From Alphaproteobacteria bacterium (GTDB lineage: Bacteria > Pseudomonadota > Alphaproteobacteria > UBA6615): a DNA stretch of 32,213 nucleotides. The first letter of the stretch is position 1. Every line of letters starts with the position of its first letter. The notes under the pieces are model-generated. The model saw nothing but the letters and a program-made list of their open reading frames with translations, was not told the DNA's origin and ran no database searches. Location: positions 1-32,213 of the forward strand of contig JABDJY010000398.1 of NCBI GenBank assembly GCA_013003285.1. The letters are read 5' to 3'. Below are positions 18,346-27,854 of this stretch, one piece after another. The position numbers and the translations under genes are program-made.

Positions 18346-19428
18346 TTATTCCTCGATTGTCGTGGTGAGCTCGATCACCCGGCCTTGGCGAAACACTTTG
18401 ACGGCGACGGTTTGCCCCACCTCAATTTCGGCGAGGTGATCGCGTAGCGCTATGTACGACTCGAACTTACCAACCTGAAACCCATCAACCTCAAGGATGA
18501 TGTCACCGCCGAGCAATATGTCGTGCTCACCAATCTTCGCCGGCAAGTAGCTAGGCTGCAGTCCCAGCCGCGCGCCCGGTGAGCCAGCGGCAACCCGTTG
18601 GACCAGAACGCCGGAGTCTTGGGGCAGGTTGAATATCCCAGCCAATTTCTCATCGAGACCGAACACACTGATGCCACTCCAGGGCGTGCGGGGTGTTAGG
18701 AGAAGTTGCCTAATCGAGTTGGACGTGACCGAGAAGCCGACACCCTCGAAGGCACCAGACTGGCTCAAAATGTGGCTGACAATGCCGACCACCTCACCGT
18801 TCATGTCAAACATAGGTCCGCCGGAATTGCCGCGATTGATCGCAACATCAGCCTGAAAAAATTCCGCAAGGGCGAGCGGTCCGCCGAGCGTACCTGGCAA
18901 TCGGCGAGCGCTGATGCGGCCCACAGTCAGCGTATGGCTGAGACCGTAGGGCGCGCCGATGACAAATATCCGTTGGCCCACACGCACGGCGTCCGAATTA
19001 CCCATCTTCGCGATAACGGCGCCTTCTGGTACGCGCTCGAGCCGAAGCATCGCGAGATCCGCAGCCGGCTCCGACGAGACGATCTTGGCCAGAACTTTGG
19101 TGCCGTCGCCAAACTCGACCTGCACAGTATCCGCAACTTGTACCAAATGAGCTGCTGTCAGAACGTCTCCATCCTCCGAAATCAGCACACCAGAACCTTG
19201 GTCGGTGAAGGGCACGACGCCGACATTATTATTGCCGACTAATGCACGCTCGCGTGTCCGCACGAGAACGACCGAACCGTTGACGGCACTAAACAGGTCT
19301 TCGAGCGCTGGTTCGGCTTCTGACGCTTGGCTCGGCCAGGCGAAAAACAGCAGGAAAACTGCGATTGAGCCTATACCCAACTTTGTCTTCCCCGTCCCAA
19401 TTGGTGGATTGTTTCGGTTGCTTGTCAT
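18346..19428 (-). CDS. HtrA/DegP-like trypsin serine protease with PDZ domain
   Basis: GSGVLI, LTAAH, DLAML and INRGNSGGP catalytic triad, C-terminal PDZ (GDIILEVDG), signal-like segment. Start uncertain (ORF is open to 19527). Confidence 0.88.
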   Translation of the reverse strand: MTSNRNNPPIGTGKTKLGIGSIAVFLLFFAWPSQASEAEPALEDLFSAVNGSVVLVRTRERALVGNNNVGVVPFTDQGSGVLISEDGDVLTAAHLVQVADTVQVEFGDGTKVLAKIVSSEPAADLAMLRLERVPEGAVIAKMGNSDAVRVGQRIFVIGAPYGLSHTLTVGRISARRLPGTLGGPLALAEFFQADVAINRGNSGGPMFDMNGEVVGIVSHILSQSGAFEGVGFSVTSNSIRQLLLTPRTPWSGISVFGLDEKLAGIFNLPQDSGVLVQRVAAGSPGARLGLQPSYLPAKIGEHDILLGGDIILEVDGFQVGKFESYIALRDHLAEIEVGQTVAVKVFRQGRVIELTTTIEE

Positions 19429-19571
19429 CTGTCGGCCCAGGTTCGCTGTATGTCGCACGGACAAGCGTAGCACGATCATATCTTCATCCGTCAGCCTGAC
19501 CAGAAGACGCGTTAGGTATATTCGCATGCGCGCGAAAGTCCTTCAAACCCAGCCATCGCAAAATTGGCCCG

Positions 19572-19585
19572 TTGACCGGCATCAA
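19572..19585. promoter_or_regulatory. FNR/FixK-like box upstream of two-domain USP
   Basis: TTGAC-CGGC-ATCAA (9/10), 58 nt before ATG 19644, compatible with a class II activator position. Confidence 0.65.
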
Positions 19586-19643
19586 TGTGCAGTTGTCGAA
19601 AGTGGCCATACTCAAGCCAGAAATTGCATGGCAGGAGAATATG

Positions 19644-20465
19644 ATGAGCTACAAAACCATTCTTCTTGGATTGGTGGCCGGCGATCCGGGCAATGGCGCG
19701 AGAATTAATTCAAGCATCGGTCTCGCAGCGGCTCAGGGCGCGCATTTGACGGCGCTCTATATGATCCCGCCCTTCAGCATTCCAGGATTTGCCGAAGTGC
19801 CGGTGCCGACCTATGTCGCCGAGCAGTACTATGCAGACGAAGAAGCGGCGGCAGGGCCAGTGATTGAGGCTTTCGAAGCTGCGTTAGCTGCACAAGGCGA
19901 TGTGCCCGGTATTATACGAAAGACTAATGTCCTGCCCCGCGACACGTTGCGAGAGAACGCACCGTTCGCCGATCTCATCGTCCTCGGCCAACCCCATGAG
20001 GATTATTACGATCCAGCGACCGACTCTCTGGTCGGCAATGTCTCCTTGTCAGCGGGCCTTCCGGTTCTCGCCGTGCCGCGGGAAGGCGACTTTGGCAGTT
20101 TCGGCAAGAACGTCTTGGTCGCGTGGACGCCCCGGCGCGAATGCACCAGAGCCGTGCGTGACGCTTTACCCTTCCTGCAACGGGCGGAGCGAGTTATCGT
20201 TCTGCGGGCCAACGCCTCTGACGACGGCGCCGACGTGGAGATCGGCGCCTATCTGGCGCGGCACGGCGTCAAGGCCGATATCGAGAAGGTGAAGGCTAAG
20301 GATATCTCGGTGGCGGATGCGATTATCAAGACCGCGTCGAGCGAAGATTGTGATCTCATCGTCATGGGCGCTTACGGCCATTCGCGATCGCGCGAATATG
20401 TTTTTGGCGGTGTCACCCGCGACATTCTGCGGCACATGACGGTACCGACGCTGTTCGCACACTAG
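19644..20465 (+). CDS. Universal stress protein (tandem USP domains)
   Basis: AGGAG RBS. MSYKTIL, ADLIVLGQ, VLVAW..RE..RAVRDALPFL and DLIVMGAYGHSR.RE..FGGVTR..L. Confidence 0.92.
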   Translation: MSYKTILLGLVAGDPGNGARINSSIGLAAAQGAHLTALYMIPPFSIPGFAEVPVPTYVAEQYYADEEAAAGPVIEAFEAALAAQGDVPGIIRKTNVLPRDTLRENAPFADLIVLGQPHEDYYDPATDSLVGNVSLSAGLPVLAVPREGDFGSFGKNVLVAWTPRRECTRAVRDALPFLQRAERVIVLRANASDDGADVEIGAYLARHGVKADIEKVKAKDISVADAIIKTASSEDCDLIVMGAYGHSRSREYVFGGVTRDILRHMTVPTLFAH

Positions 20466-20538
20466 GAAATCACACGCCTAGATCTTTGCCCCGCTGCGGC
20501 GTGCCCGCCGGCACCGCTCGATTGAAAGACCGAACGCG

Positions 20539-21585
20539 ATGGCCCTCCTTTCGACATTGTCATTGTCTGCGAACTTGGCCCTCTTTACGGTTTTGGCCGC
20601 CGTGGTGTGGTTCACCGGCACCCGCTTGTCCTATCTCGCCGATGCCATTGCCAAACAAACCGGCGTCAGCCGCGCCATAATGGGTCTGATCTTTCTCGCC
20701 GCGATCACCTCGCTGCCCGAACTGGTCACGACTTCGGCAGCGGCGATTAAAGGGGATGCTGCGCTCGCCCTCAACAACATATTAGGTGGGATCACCATGC
20801 AGACGGCCATTCTGGCAGTGGCTGATGCAATCGCGATCCGCGTAACGCTCTCATCGTTTCCCCGAAAGCCGACCCCAATCCTGGAGGGGGCGATACTTAT
20901 CCTGCTGCTGACGACGACGCTGGTTATCATCTCGATTGGCGAGACCCCGCTGTTTTTCAATGTCGGTCTCGGCGCAACATTGCTCGCCAGCATTTACTTC
21001 ATTTCGATTCGTGTACTCAATCGTTACGACAAAGATCATCCGTGGCAACCGGTCAATCTTCCGGAACCCGAGGACGTCCCGCAGATCCTGCCGCTGCATG
21101 CATTGCATGACCTGCCCTTACGCACGCTTATAATGCAGTCATGTGGCGTGGCCGTGGTCATTCTCGTTTGCGGCATATTATTGGTCGAAACCAGCGCCGC
21201 GATTGCGGACCAGAGCGGATTGGGTAGCAGCTTCATTGGCGTCACGTTATTGGCAGCGACCACCTCGCTCCCGGAGCTGAGCACAACGATCGCCGCCGTG
21301 CGCATGGGCGCATATACGATGGCCGTGTCGAATATCTTCGGCAGCAACTTGATTATGGTGTTCGTCCTGTTCCCCGCCGATTTCTTTTATCGCGAAGGAG
21401 TCATCCTGAACGAAGCGGGTGAAACGGCGCAGTTGGCGTTGCTCTCGGGCATCGTCGTTACGACCATCTACATTATCGGCCTATTGATAAAGAAAAAGCC
21501 GCGAATCGCCGGAATGGGCCTCGATTCAATCCTGGTTCTCGGTGTTTACCTGGTCAGCGTATACGCGTTTTACACCGTGCGTTGA
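20539..21585 (+). CDS. Sodium:calcium antiporter (CaCA/YrbG family)
   Basis: Two alpha-repeats (AITSLPEL...NNILGG and ATTSLPEL...SNIFGSN) and about 10 TM segments. Confidence 0.9.
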   Translation: MALLSTLSLSANLALFTVLAAVVWFTGTRLSYLADAIAKQTGVSRAIMGLIFLAAITSLPELVTTSAAAIKGDAALALNNILGGITMQTAILAVADAIAIRVTLSSFPRKPTPILEGAILILLLTTTLVIISIGETPLFFNVGLGATLLASIYFISIRVLNRYDKDHPWQPVNLPEPEDVPQILPLHALHDLPLRTLIMQSCGVAVVILVCGILLVETSAAIADQSGLGSSFIGVTLLAATTSLPELSTTIAAVRMGAYTMAVSNIFGSNLIMVFVLFPADFFYREGVILNEAGETAQLALLSGIVVTTIYIIGLLIKKKPRIAGMGLDSILVLGVYLVSVYAFYTVR

Positions 21586-21610
21586 AATCAACGCGGCGAC
21601 CGGTCAGCGC

Positions 21611-22828
21611 CTATTCGAACCATTCGGCAGGCAGCACGGTCCCTTCGTCCGCCGGCTCATCTTTCGACGCTTGTTCAGTTGGGTCATCGGGTTGAGCCTG
21701 TTCAAAACCCGGAATGCCGACATGGCGGCCCGCCAGTTGCGGACCGCGGGCGAACACCGGGATCTCAATGAACGCGGATTGGGTGAGCGCGTCACGATAG
21801 GCGGCCAAAGCTGCGCGCGACGAATCCAAGCGCATGCGAGACCGCGATCCGTCGCCATTTTCCCAATTGCTGTGCCAATAAGACATTGCCTTGATGCGGG
21901 GATAGCGTCCGCTGCTCAGATCGGTCAGTGCGTCGCGCAGCCATTGGGGTTTGCCCGCATGCTCAACAACGCCGAATTCCAATAATGCGATTGGCTTGCG
22001 GCTCGAGATCGCTGCAAGCTCGGGATAGACATCGTCCATCACCTGGCGGAAACGAGGATTCCAGGACTTCAGCTCTCTCGGTGTCTGTGCGGCATAGACC
22101 GAGACACCGATCCAGTCGATATAATCATCGCCAGGATAGTAAGCCGAATAGGCGTTCCAACTTTCATTATGAGGCGCGCCGTAGCCGTTGACGTGAAACA
22201 CCCAGGTGACGTTGTGCACGTCTTCGGCGCGGAAAATGTCGATGATGTGGCGATAGGCGTCGCGAAAGCGTTCCGGACCATCGGCCAGCGTGGGCGAACC
22301 ATAGGCGGTGCTGGTTGAGCCGCCATTGCAGACGCCGCTCCACGGAAACCAGTTCCCATTAACTTCGGTACCAAATTCAATCATTACCGGTCCGCGCACC
22401 TCTCCCGCCGTTCGGGCGTAAGTGCGAAATTGATCGTCGAACTTACCCGAGAGGATATTTTCCATCCGGTACTTCTTGTCGGCACAGCCTTCCTTCCAAT
22501 TGCTGCGCGACATCAGGCGAATGAAGGGGACGACGCCTTCCTCGAGCAATGTCTCCACTTTGTTTTTTGGAAACCGGATACCGCGGAACCAATTATCTGA
22601 AAAATAACCCCAGACAATCTTGCGGCCGTTCAACTTGTCTGAGAAGCGCCTGATCCGCTGCTTCGTGACGATGGACTCTTCCGGGCCAAAGTCGGGAAAC
22701 GCCGCGTGGTAGATACCGGTTGGCGGTGGCGCCAGCTTAATCGGAGGCATATCACTTTGGGCGCTACCAGCGCTCGCCAGGGAGATAACCGTCGCAGCAA
22801 ACGTCGTTTTGACGAGTAGTTTGATCAT
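21611..22828 (-). CDS. Secreted glycoside hydrolase family 26-like protein
   Basis: Signal peptide, FGTEVNGNWFPW (acid/base Glu), WVFHVN, YYPGDDYIDWIGVSVY and KPIALLEFG (nucleophile Glu). GGAAAGG RBS before ATG 22828. Confidence 0.8.
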   Translation of the reverse strand: MIKLLVKTTFAATVISLASAGSAQSDMPPIKLAPPPTGIYHAAFPDFGPEESIVTKQRIRRFSDKLNGRKIVWGYFSDNWFRGIRFPKNKVETLLEEGVVPFIRLMSRSNWKEGCADKKYRMENILSGKFDDQFRTYARTAGEVRGPVMIEFGTEVNGNWFPWSGVCNGGSTSTAYGSPTLADGPERFRDAYRHIIDIFRAEDVHNVTWVFHVNGYGAPHNESWNAYSAYYPGDDYIDWIGVSVYAAQTPRELKSWNPRFRQVMDDVYPELAAISSRKPIALLEFGVVEHAGKPQWLRDALTDLSSGRYPRIKAMSYWHSNWENGDGSRSRMRLDSSRAALAAYRDALTQSAFIEIPVFARGPQLAGRHVGIPGFEQAQPDDPTEQASKDEPADEGTVLPAEWFE

Positions 22829-23029
22829 CGACCTTTCCACTATATTAGACAATTTTTATATGCGGGTGCGATAATATACAGGCGCACGGACCCCGCCAGG
22901 TAATGGCTTGATATCGGCTTTCAATGCCGATCACTGAAAGTTGCGCCATGCGGCGTCAATAAACACAAGCTTTTCAAGCTTGGCGCCGCTATCTCGCGCA
23001 AGACAAGCTGCATTCTTCATACACCGAAT

Positions 23030-24199
23030 CTATCTGCTGAATTGTTCACAATTTGTTAATAGTGGTGTTTTACCGGTTAAAAACCTCTCCAATGCCGTGA
23101 CAATTCGGGTCGCGGCTTGGCCGTCGCCGAAGGGATTGTCGATCCCCTGCATTCCGGCGCGCAAAGCAGGATCGTCCAACCAGCGGCTGGCAATTGAATA
23201 AACGTCTTGGCGATCGGTGCCGACGAGAACGGCCAGACCGTCGCGCACTGCTTCCGGGCGTTCGGTGACGTCACGCAGAACCAGCACCGGCACGTGATAG
23301 CTTGGCGCTTCCTCCTGAATACCCCCGGAATCCGTTAGGATGAGATGCGCCGTGCGAATGAGACTGTGACAGGCGGCGTAATCCAAGGGTTCGGTCAGGG
23401 TTATCCGCGGCTGGTCCCGCAGGATAGGTTCAACAGTTTCGCGAACCCGCGGATTAACATGGAGCGGCAAGACCACGTGAATGTCGTCAAACCGCTCCAC
23501 GATATCGCGCAACGCGCGACACATCCCGTCTAACTTCGTTCCCCAGGATTCGCGGCGATGAAGGGTGACAAAGACCAATCTCTGCCCGTTCGGTATGACC
23601 GGGACATTCGCCGGCGCGCACGGCGCCGCCAACTTATCGACCAAGGCCAAAGCGTCGATCGCCGTATTGCCGGTCACAAAGATCGTGTCCTCTCGGCACC
23701 CCTCGGCCACGAGGTTCGCAGCGGCACCGGGCGTTGGCGCAAACCGCAGGCTAGCCATGTCATCGATCATCCGGCGGTAGGCTTCTTCGGGAAACGGATC
23801 GCGATTGTCGCCGCTGCGCAATCCAGCTTCCACATGCGCGACCGGCAGATGTTGGTGGAATGCGGCAAAGGCTCCGGCGAAGGCACTCACAGTATCGCCT
23901 TGAACAATCGCCAAGGCCGGATCGATCGCCTCGCATAACGCCGTAATGCCGCGAACAACCTTCTCGTTGAGATTCAGCAATGCCCCCCCTGCCCCGGCGT
24001 TGAGGCAATGATCGGGCTTGATGGCGAATCTTGCGAGCGTCTCTCGCTCCAACTCCTCATGTTGCCCTGTCGAGACCCAGCAAACGCGTGCCCCGCCAAG
24101 GCGGTTTCGGGCTTCGAGATATACCGGCGCCAGCTTGATGACTTCTGGTCGCGTACCGGCAACGACAAGGATGGGTCCGCTATATGGCTGTTTTTTCAT
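23030..24199 (-). CDS. wecB: UDP-N-acetylglucosamine 2-epimerase (non-hydrolysing)
   Basis: GTRPEVIK, TGQH, VQGDT, HVEAGLRS, PFPEE, TGNT.ID, HRRES, TDSGGIQEEAP, TERPE and NPFGDG. Confidence 0.95.
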   Translation of the reverse strand: MKKQPYSGPILVVAGTRPEVIKLAPVYLEARNRLGGARVCWVSTGQHEELERETLARFAIKPDHCLNAGAGGALLNLNEKVVRGITALCEAIDPALAIVQGDTVSAFAGAFAAFHQHLPVAHVEAGLRSGDNRDPFPEEAYRRMIDDMASLRFAPTPGAAANLVAEGCREDTIFVTGNTAIDALALVDKLAAPCAPANVPVIPNGQRLVFVTLHRRESWGTKLDGMCRALRDIVERFDDIHVVLPLHVNPRVRETVEPILRDQPRITLTEPLDYAACHSLIRTAHLILTDSGGIQEEAPSYHVPVLVLRDVTERPEAVRDGLAVLVGTDRQDVYSIASRWLDDPALRAGMQGIDNPFGDGQAATRIVTALERFLTGKTPLLTNCEQFSR

Positions 24200-24369
24200 A
24201 ATAAATTCAAAACCAAACTTCGAGCGATTTGATCAAGATCACTGCCTTGCGTCCCCTGGTATGCGATTCTTTGTTTAGGATAAGTTGTTGCGCGTGGATC
24301 TGGTTGGCGTCTTTTTCCAAAATGGTTGCGACAAAGCGCCAAACAGCTGGCACTGGAGTTGGTTCTCGA

Positions 24370-25395
24370 ATGAAGTTGTCCCCCCAAGAACGGGCCCAAT
24401 TCGCGCTCGAACGCGACGATTACCGCGATCTGATACGGTATATTCGCAGTCCGCGGCAAGAGCCGGCGCAAAATACCCTCGACCTGACTTGTATTGGCAA
24501 TACCGGCGGTGCCCACAATGTGGTGCATGGCAGGCCCGCCGGCGGGATGTTGTTGCGCACCGCTGGCCGGACCATCATCATCGATCCCGGCGACAATTCT
24601 ATCGCCTACATGACCTCGCTTGGTCTGAACCCCTACAGCATCACCGATGTGGCGGCCTCCCATGCCCATAATGATCACGTAGGCGATCTGTCCTTAGCGA
24701 TCTCGGCAGCGCTAACCCTGGGCCTTAAAGACGAGAGCGAGAGCGACAGCCACTTTCTTGTTAGCCCATCGTTGGTTGATTATGGCTCACCGAACGCGAC
24801 CAAACTCGGCTTCACGGTTCCTGCATATGCTTGGAAGGGTCGGGTCCATGCCCTGTGCTCGCGAGACATGGAAATCTTGCGCTTCGACGGTGCTTCTATC
24901 GCCTCGACCCAACAAGTCCGTATTGTCGACTCGCTAAGCGTCACTGCGGCGCCGGCGCACCATGGCCAGGTGCAGGTAACCGGCTTCGTGTTTGACACGC
25001 CGATTGGCCGCCTTGGTTACACCGGCGACACCGAATATTTTCCCGAGCTCGCTGCCGCCTACCAAGGCGCGGACGTGTTGTGGATGAACATGAACACGCT
25101 GGCGTTAGACGCGATCGACGACACGAGGCCAACTTGCCCGAAAACTGCGGCGCCGGTGCACTACCACCTAGGCTATGTCGGCGTGTGCAATTTGATCGAG
25201 GCGGTCCGCCCCACCACGGCGTTCGTTTCTCACCTCGGCGCGCAGCTTTTACCCCAGCGCGAAGCCATCCAGGCGCTGCTGCGCAACCGGTTCGCCGACA
25301 CCGGTATTACCATCTATTGCCCCGACAACGGCGATCGATACAGTTTCGTCTCTACTCTGTCCCGGCCGCCGTCGGTCGGCAGGTTCGTACCATGA
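24370..25395 (+). CDS. MBL-fold metallo-hydrolase
   Basis: IIDPG, SHAHNDHVGD (HxHxDH), AHHG, YTGDT and SHLG. Start uncertain (ORF is open to 24229). Confidence 0.85.
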   Translation: MKLSPQERAQFALERDDYRDLIRYIRSPRQEPAQNTLDLTCIGNTGGAHNVVHGRPAGGMLLRTAGRTIIIDPGDNSIAYMTSLGLNPYSITDVAASHAHNDHVGDLSLAISAALTLGLKDESESDSHFLVSPSLVDYGSPNATKLGFTVPAYAWKGRVHALCSRDMEILRFDGASIASTQQVRIVDSLSVTAAPAHHGQVQVTGFVFDTPIGRLGYTGDTEYFPELAAAYQGADVLWMNMNTLALDAIDDTRPTCPKTAAPVHYHLGYVGVCNLIEAVRPTTAFVSHLGAQLLPQREAIQALLRNRFADTGITIYCPDNGDRYSFVSTLSRPPSVGRFVP

Positions 25396-26150
25396 CCGCC
25401 GAAGTCGGAATACCAGCGATCATCCTGGCGGGCGGCCTGGGGACGCGGCTGCGCAGCGTCACCAACGATAAATTTCCCAAGCCGATGGCGCCGATTCCTC
25501 TTAGAGGAAAATCTCACCCCTTTCTGGAATTTCCATTGGCCCATCTGAAAGCCGAGGGCTTCACAGACATCATAATTTGCATTGGACATCTGGGAGACCA
25601 AATTCGCCGGCATTTCGGCGACGGCCGCCAATTTGGGTTGACGATCCGCTACGACGATGCCGGCGACGCCGATACCGCGCGGCGAATTTGGGGCGCGACC
25701 CAACTGCTTGGCGCGCCAAAATATCTGGTGGTTTGCGGTGACGTCTTCCATCCTTTCGGGCTCGGCGAATTTATTGAGGACTTCTGTCGGCATCCGCAGT
25801 GGCTGATGCAACTGGCCGTCGTTCCTACTGCGGGCGACATTTCCGCCAATCTTGCGCTCGGCCCTGGCTGCGAAATTACCGACTACGATGCACGCGGCGT
25901 TCAGGGCGAATATGTCGGCATCGAGGCGGGCACGCTAACGTTCCGCGATACGATCTTCGAAGGTGATCCCGTCGCCGCTGATCTATCGCTAACCGCCAAT
26001 ATCTATCCCAGCTTGATTGCTCAAAGGGCGCTGGGTGGCAAACTTGTGACGCAGCCGTTTTTTGATATCGGCACGCCCGAAAGCTACAACCGTTTCTGCC
26101 AATACGCCGGTGCCGGTCATGCCCAACCGGTCTCTTGGGGGACGCAATGA
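25392..26150 (+). CDS. Sugar-1-phosphate nucleotidyltransferase
   Basis: IILAGGLGTRL, PKPMAP, CGD and FFDIGTPESY. ATGA overlap with the MBL gene. Confidence 0.9.
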   Translation: MTAEVGIPAIILAGGLGTRLRSVTNDKFPKPMAPIPLRGKSHPFLEFPLAHLKAEGFTDIIICIGHLGDQIRRHFGDGRQFGLTIRYDDAGDADTARRIWGATQLLGAPKYLVVCGDVFHPFGLGEFIEDFCRHPQWLMQLAVVPTAGDISANLALGPGCEITDYDARGVQGEYVGIEAGTLTFRDTIFEGDPVAADLSLTANIYPSLIAQRALGGKLVTQPFFDIGTPESYNRFCQYAGAGHAQPVSWGTQ

Positions 26151-27823
26151 GATATCTTGGCGGATTGGCTCGCTTAATTCTTGCTGTGGTCTGGGTCTGG
26201 GTGCCTGTTGCAGCCTACGCCCAGACAATCCAAACAACCCAGTTGACGGCACCCAGCGGGCAAAACAATCGATTGCTGATTGTCGCGCCGGCATCGTCGC
26301 TGGCGCAGGCCCATTTTCTATCCAAAGAAATTTTTGCCGACTACGCCTTCGATATCCGGATTATCGATAGTGCCAAATACGCCCCTCTGATCGACGAGAT
26401 CGCGCACGATGCGTTCGTCTATTTCGGCTCGGATTCAGGTGTTCCGCCGACGCAGGGGTTTTTGGACGACATCGCCCGCACCAAAAAGCCGGTTTTATGG
26501 ATCAAACAACATATCTGGTTGCTCGGCGAAGACCTTTTGCAGCGGCGGGGTCTAAACGTTTTGCGACCGCAAAACACGCAGGCCGAAGCGGCCAACAGTA
26601 TTCGAGTAAAGGTAAAAGACCCGGCCCGAATCTTAAACTGGCTGTTCGACGAAAACGGCCGCGCGGTTCAGCCGACCACTGTTGTCGCTGGAAACTTGAC
26701 TTATCTGTCCTTCAATCCCCAGTCCGACAGCGCCGGAACGGCCGCGGCACCACTGCTCTCTACCGCGCTGCACGCGGCTTTCGGCGATCCAGCGAACATA
26801 TTACCCATGCCAGTGTCGAGCTTTGAGGACAGAGTCCGCAAGGCCCGTGACGACGATTTTGCAGGCGGGGTCCATCTGCCGATCTATATTTCCGAAACGA
26901 GCGAGAAATTCGTCGGCTACGATTCCGATCGTTTGCACAAAAATCTGCTGCGGATAAAAAATTCCGGCGCCGAATGGGTCACAATCCAACGCGTTTATTA
27001 CCAGGAAGGCATCAACGCCAGTCAGATCGCTAAAGATCCGGCGCGCACCGCAACGCTAGCATCGCTCGAGAATATCGTTGCCGACGCCCACAAGATCGGA
27101 CTGATGGTCCGCCTTATTCCGGTCGTAAATCTAACCGAAGCCAGCCGCAAACCCGACCAATGGCGCGGCATGATCCAACCTTCGAATCCGGATCAATGGT
27201 GGATGCAATACCGCGCAATTTTGCTCGAAGCTGCCGCCTTCGCTCGGGAGAACGAGGTCGAATCGCTTGCCATCGGCGCCGAATTGGTTGCTCTGCTGGA
27301 CGAAGACGACCGCTGGCTCTCGCTGGTGGCTGATGTGCGGCACGAAGCCAATTATCGCGGACTTTTGAGCTACCAGATCAATTTCAATGCGTTGGAACAA
27401 ATCGGCTGGGCCCATGCCCTGGACTATCTTTCAATTGCCGCTTATTGGCCGCTCGCCGAAGACCGGGACGCTGACCTCGAGACCCTGATGGAGACTTGGC
27501 GCGGAATCGGCGCAGAGCTTGCTGATTGGCGCAGCCGCAATCCCGGCACAAAGCTCGAATTCGGTGAAATCGGCTATGTCAGCCAACCTTACACCAGCGT
27601 CTTTCCCTTTTCGTGGAAGCCACACAAAGATCAGAAACGTCACCTGTCCGAGCAGTTTACTGCCTATCTCGCGCTGGAGAAATTTCTCGCAGAACATACC
27701 CAGATCGCCGGCGTCAGTTTTTTCGCATCGACGCGAGAAGATACAGACCCCGAAAGCATTGGCTACACACCCTTCGGCAAACCTGCCAGCGAGGTGATGG
27801 AGCGGATCCTCAAGTCGCGATGA
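26147..27823 (+). CDS. Secreted protein with C-terminal GH113-like TIM-barrel glycoside hydrolase
   Basis: Signal peptide (AYA-Q), WRGMIQP, IGAEL, YQINF, AYWPL and FGEIGY (two catalytic Glu). ATGA overlap with the upstream gene. Confidence 0.72.
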   Translation: MRYLGGLARLILAVVWVWVPVAAYAQTIQTTQLTAPSGQNNRLLIVAPASSLAQAHFLSKEIFADYAFDIRIIDSAKYAPLIDEIAHDAFVYFGSDSGVPPTQGFLDDIARTKKPVLWIKQHIWLLGEDLLQRRGLNVLRPQNTQAEAANSIRVKVKDPARILNWLFDENGRAVQPTTVVAGNLTYLSFNPQSDSAGTAAAPLLSTALHAAFGDPANILPMPVSSFEDRVRKARDDDFAGGVHLPIYISETSEKFVGYDSDRLHKNLLRIKNSGAEWVTIQRVYYQEGINASQIAKDPARTATLASLENIVADAHKIGLMVRLIPVVNLTEASRKPDQWRGMIQPSNPDQWWMQYRAILLEAAAFARENEVESLAIGAELVALLDEDDRWLSLVADVRHEANYRGLLSYQINFNALEQIGWAHALDYLSIAAYWPLAEDRDADLETLMETWRGIGAELADWRSRNPGTKLEFGEIGYVSQPYTSVFPFSWKPHKDQKRHLSEQFTAYLALEKFLAEHTQIAGVSFFASTREDTDPESIGYTPFGKPASEVMERILKSR

Positions 27824-27854
27824 CATAGGCATTAGCGAGGTCTAACCGGAATCG

